From contig NC_068983.1 of NCBI RefSeq assembly GCF_001194135.2, positions 116,092,478 through 116,141,620 on the forward strand: a stretch of 49,143 nucleotides of DNA, written 5' to 3'. A program made the translations under genes and the position numbers. Origin of the DNA: Octopus bimaculoides. Lineage: Eukaryota. The notes beneath the pieces were generated by a model. That model had not been told where the DNA came from, made no database searches, and saw only the letters and a program-made list of their open reading frames with translations. This document shows positions 48,276 to 49,143 of this stretch, piece by piece (within the stretch, counting starts at the first letter, position 1; every line of letters starts with the position of its first letter).

Positions 48276-48916
48276 TATTTCTGTATTTATTAGCTATACA
48301 GCTAGATAACTAATTCAAAAGACTAGAAATTAATACATGCTACTCCATGTAATGAAGTATAGCACCTTGAGTTACTTATGTCACTTTGCAGCTAATATAC
48401 CCAAACACACACATACACATATGTAAAATCATCATCATCACTTTTCCAGGTTGGCATGGGTTAGATAGGTCATTATGTTCCAAGTGATGCTCTTTCCTGT
48501 GTTTACTGCCCTCCTGGATTGACTAAAGACCACATCTCATTCAAACATTCTATTTTTGGTACAGTTTCTATCTGGATGTCCTTTACAGTGTACAGAAAGA
48601 ATTTTAACATGATAAATGCACAAGATATTGTCATGACCCAGGCAAGAACAGAAGAGTCCTCTCCATCTTACATTGTCTTTGTGCATTGTTTGCATTGTTT
48701 TCTTTTACTCATGACTGGAGAGGAAGAGAACCAGATCAAAAGGGTGATTAAAGAGTAAGAGAGAACAAAGAATGACAAAACTCAAAGCAGACAAGAAGGA
48801 GAGTGAATATAATTTAAACAGTTGAATGTTACACATGCACACCCCTGTTTCTCTCCTATGAGAGTTCTTCAAGCTTCAAAGAAGTACTGTTAGTCATTCT
48901 TATATATATATATATA

Positions 48917-49143
48917 TCATCATCATCATCATCATCGTTTAACGTCCGCTTTCCATGCTAGCATGGGTTGGACGATTTGACTGAGGACTGGTGAAACCGG
49001 ATGGCAACACCAGGCTCCAATCTAATTTGGCAGAGTTTCTACAGCTGGATGCCCTTCCTAACGCCAACCACTCAGAGAGTGTAGTGGGTGCTTTTACGTG
49101 TCACCCGCACGAAAACGGCCACGCTTGAAATGGTGTCTTTTAT
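48917..49143 (-). mobile_element. Young RTE-tail element (runs off the window)
   Basis: (CAT)n-cgtttaacgtccgctttcc... Confidence 0.9.

Noticed and set aside
1-49143. CRISPR arrays, rRNA, operons, snoRNAs or hammerhead ribozymes
   Set aside because: No repeat-spacer array or rRNA-like stretch; C/D-box and CTGATGA hits lacked pairing stems or were on the wrong strand. A covariance-model search (Infernal/Rfam) would be needed to exclude small RNAs.

Overview
Eukaryotic, AT-rich, repeat-dense draft-assembly window with eight N gaps. The SINE/LINE families suggest an octopus or other coleoid cephalopod (inference). The one recognisable host gene is GPAA1 (GPI transamidase subunit Gaa1) on the minus strand. 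Eleven coding exons were placed by hand between 37613 (ATG) and 17469 (TAA) with consistent phases. One transmembrane-coding exon is missing and probably lies in the gap at 21671-22542. The best signal is the intron at 25782-23915. It has a textbook minor-spliceosome (U12) 5' site (ATATCCTTT) and branch site (CCTTAAC) but ends in AT, i.e. an apparent AT-AT intron, at what appears to be the position of the known AT-AC intron of mammalian GPAA1. The next exon adds a loop of about 85 aa that is roughly half K/E/D. The rest is mobile DNA: a degenerate hAT transposase, two full-span mariners and two Tc1/mariner fragments, three RTE LINE remnants (two with inverted 5' segments), a Helitron remnant, a LINE ORF1 zinc-knuckle remnant, MITEs, a probable solo LTR, many SINEs and microsatellites. 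There are also two odd palindromes: a telomere-repeat foldback, and a 380-bp foldback whose loop copies nearby DNA. No bacterial-type systems, CRISPR arrays, rRNA or true tRNA genes were seen. All coordinates and alignments were read by eye; no searches were run.
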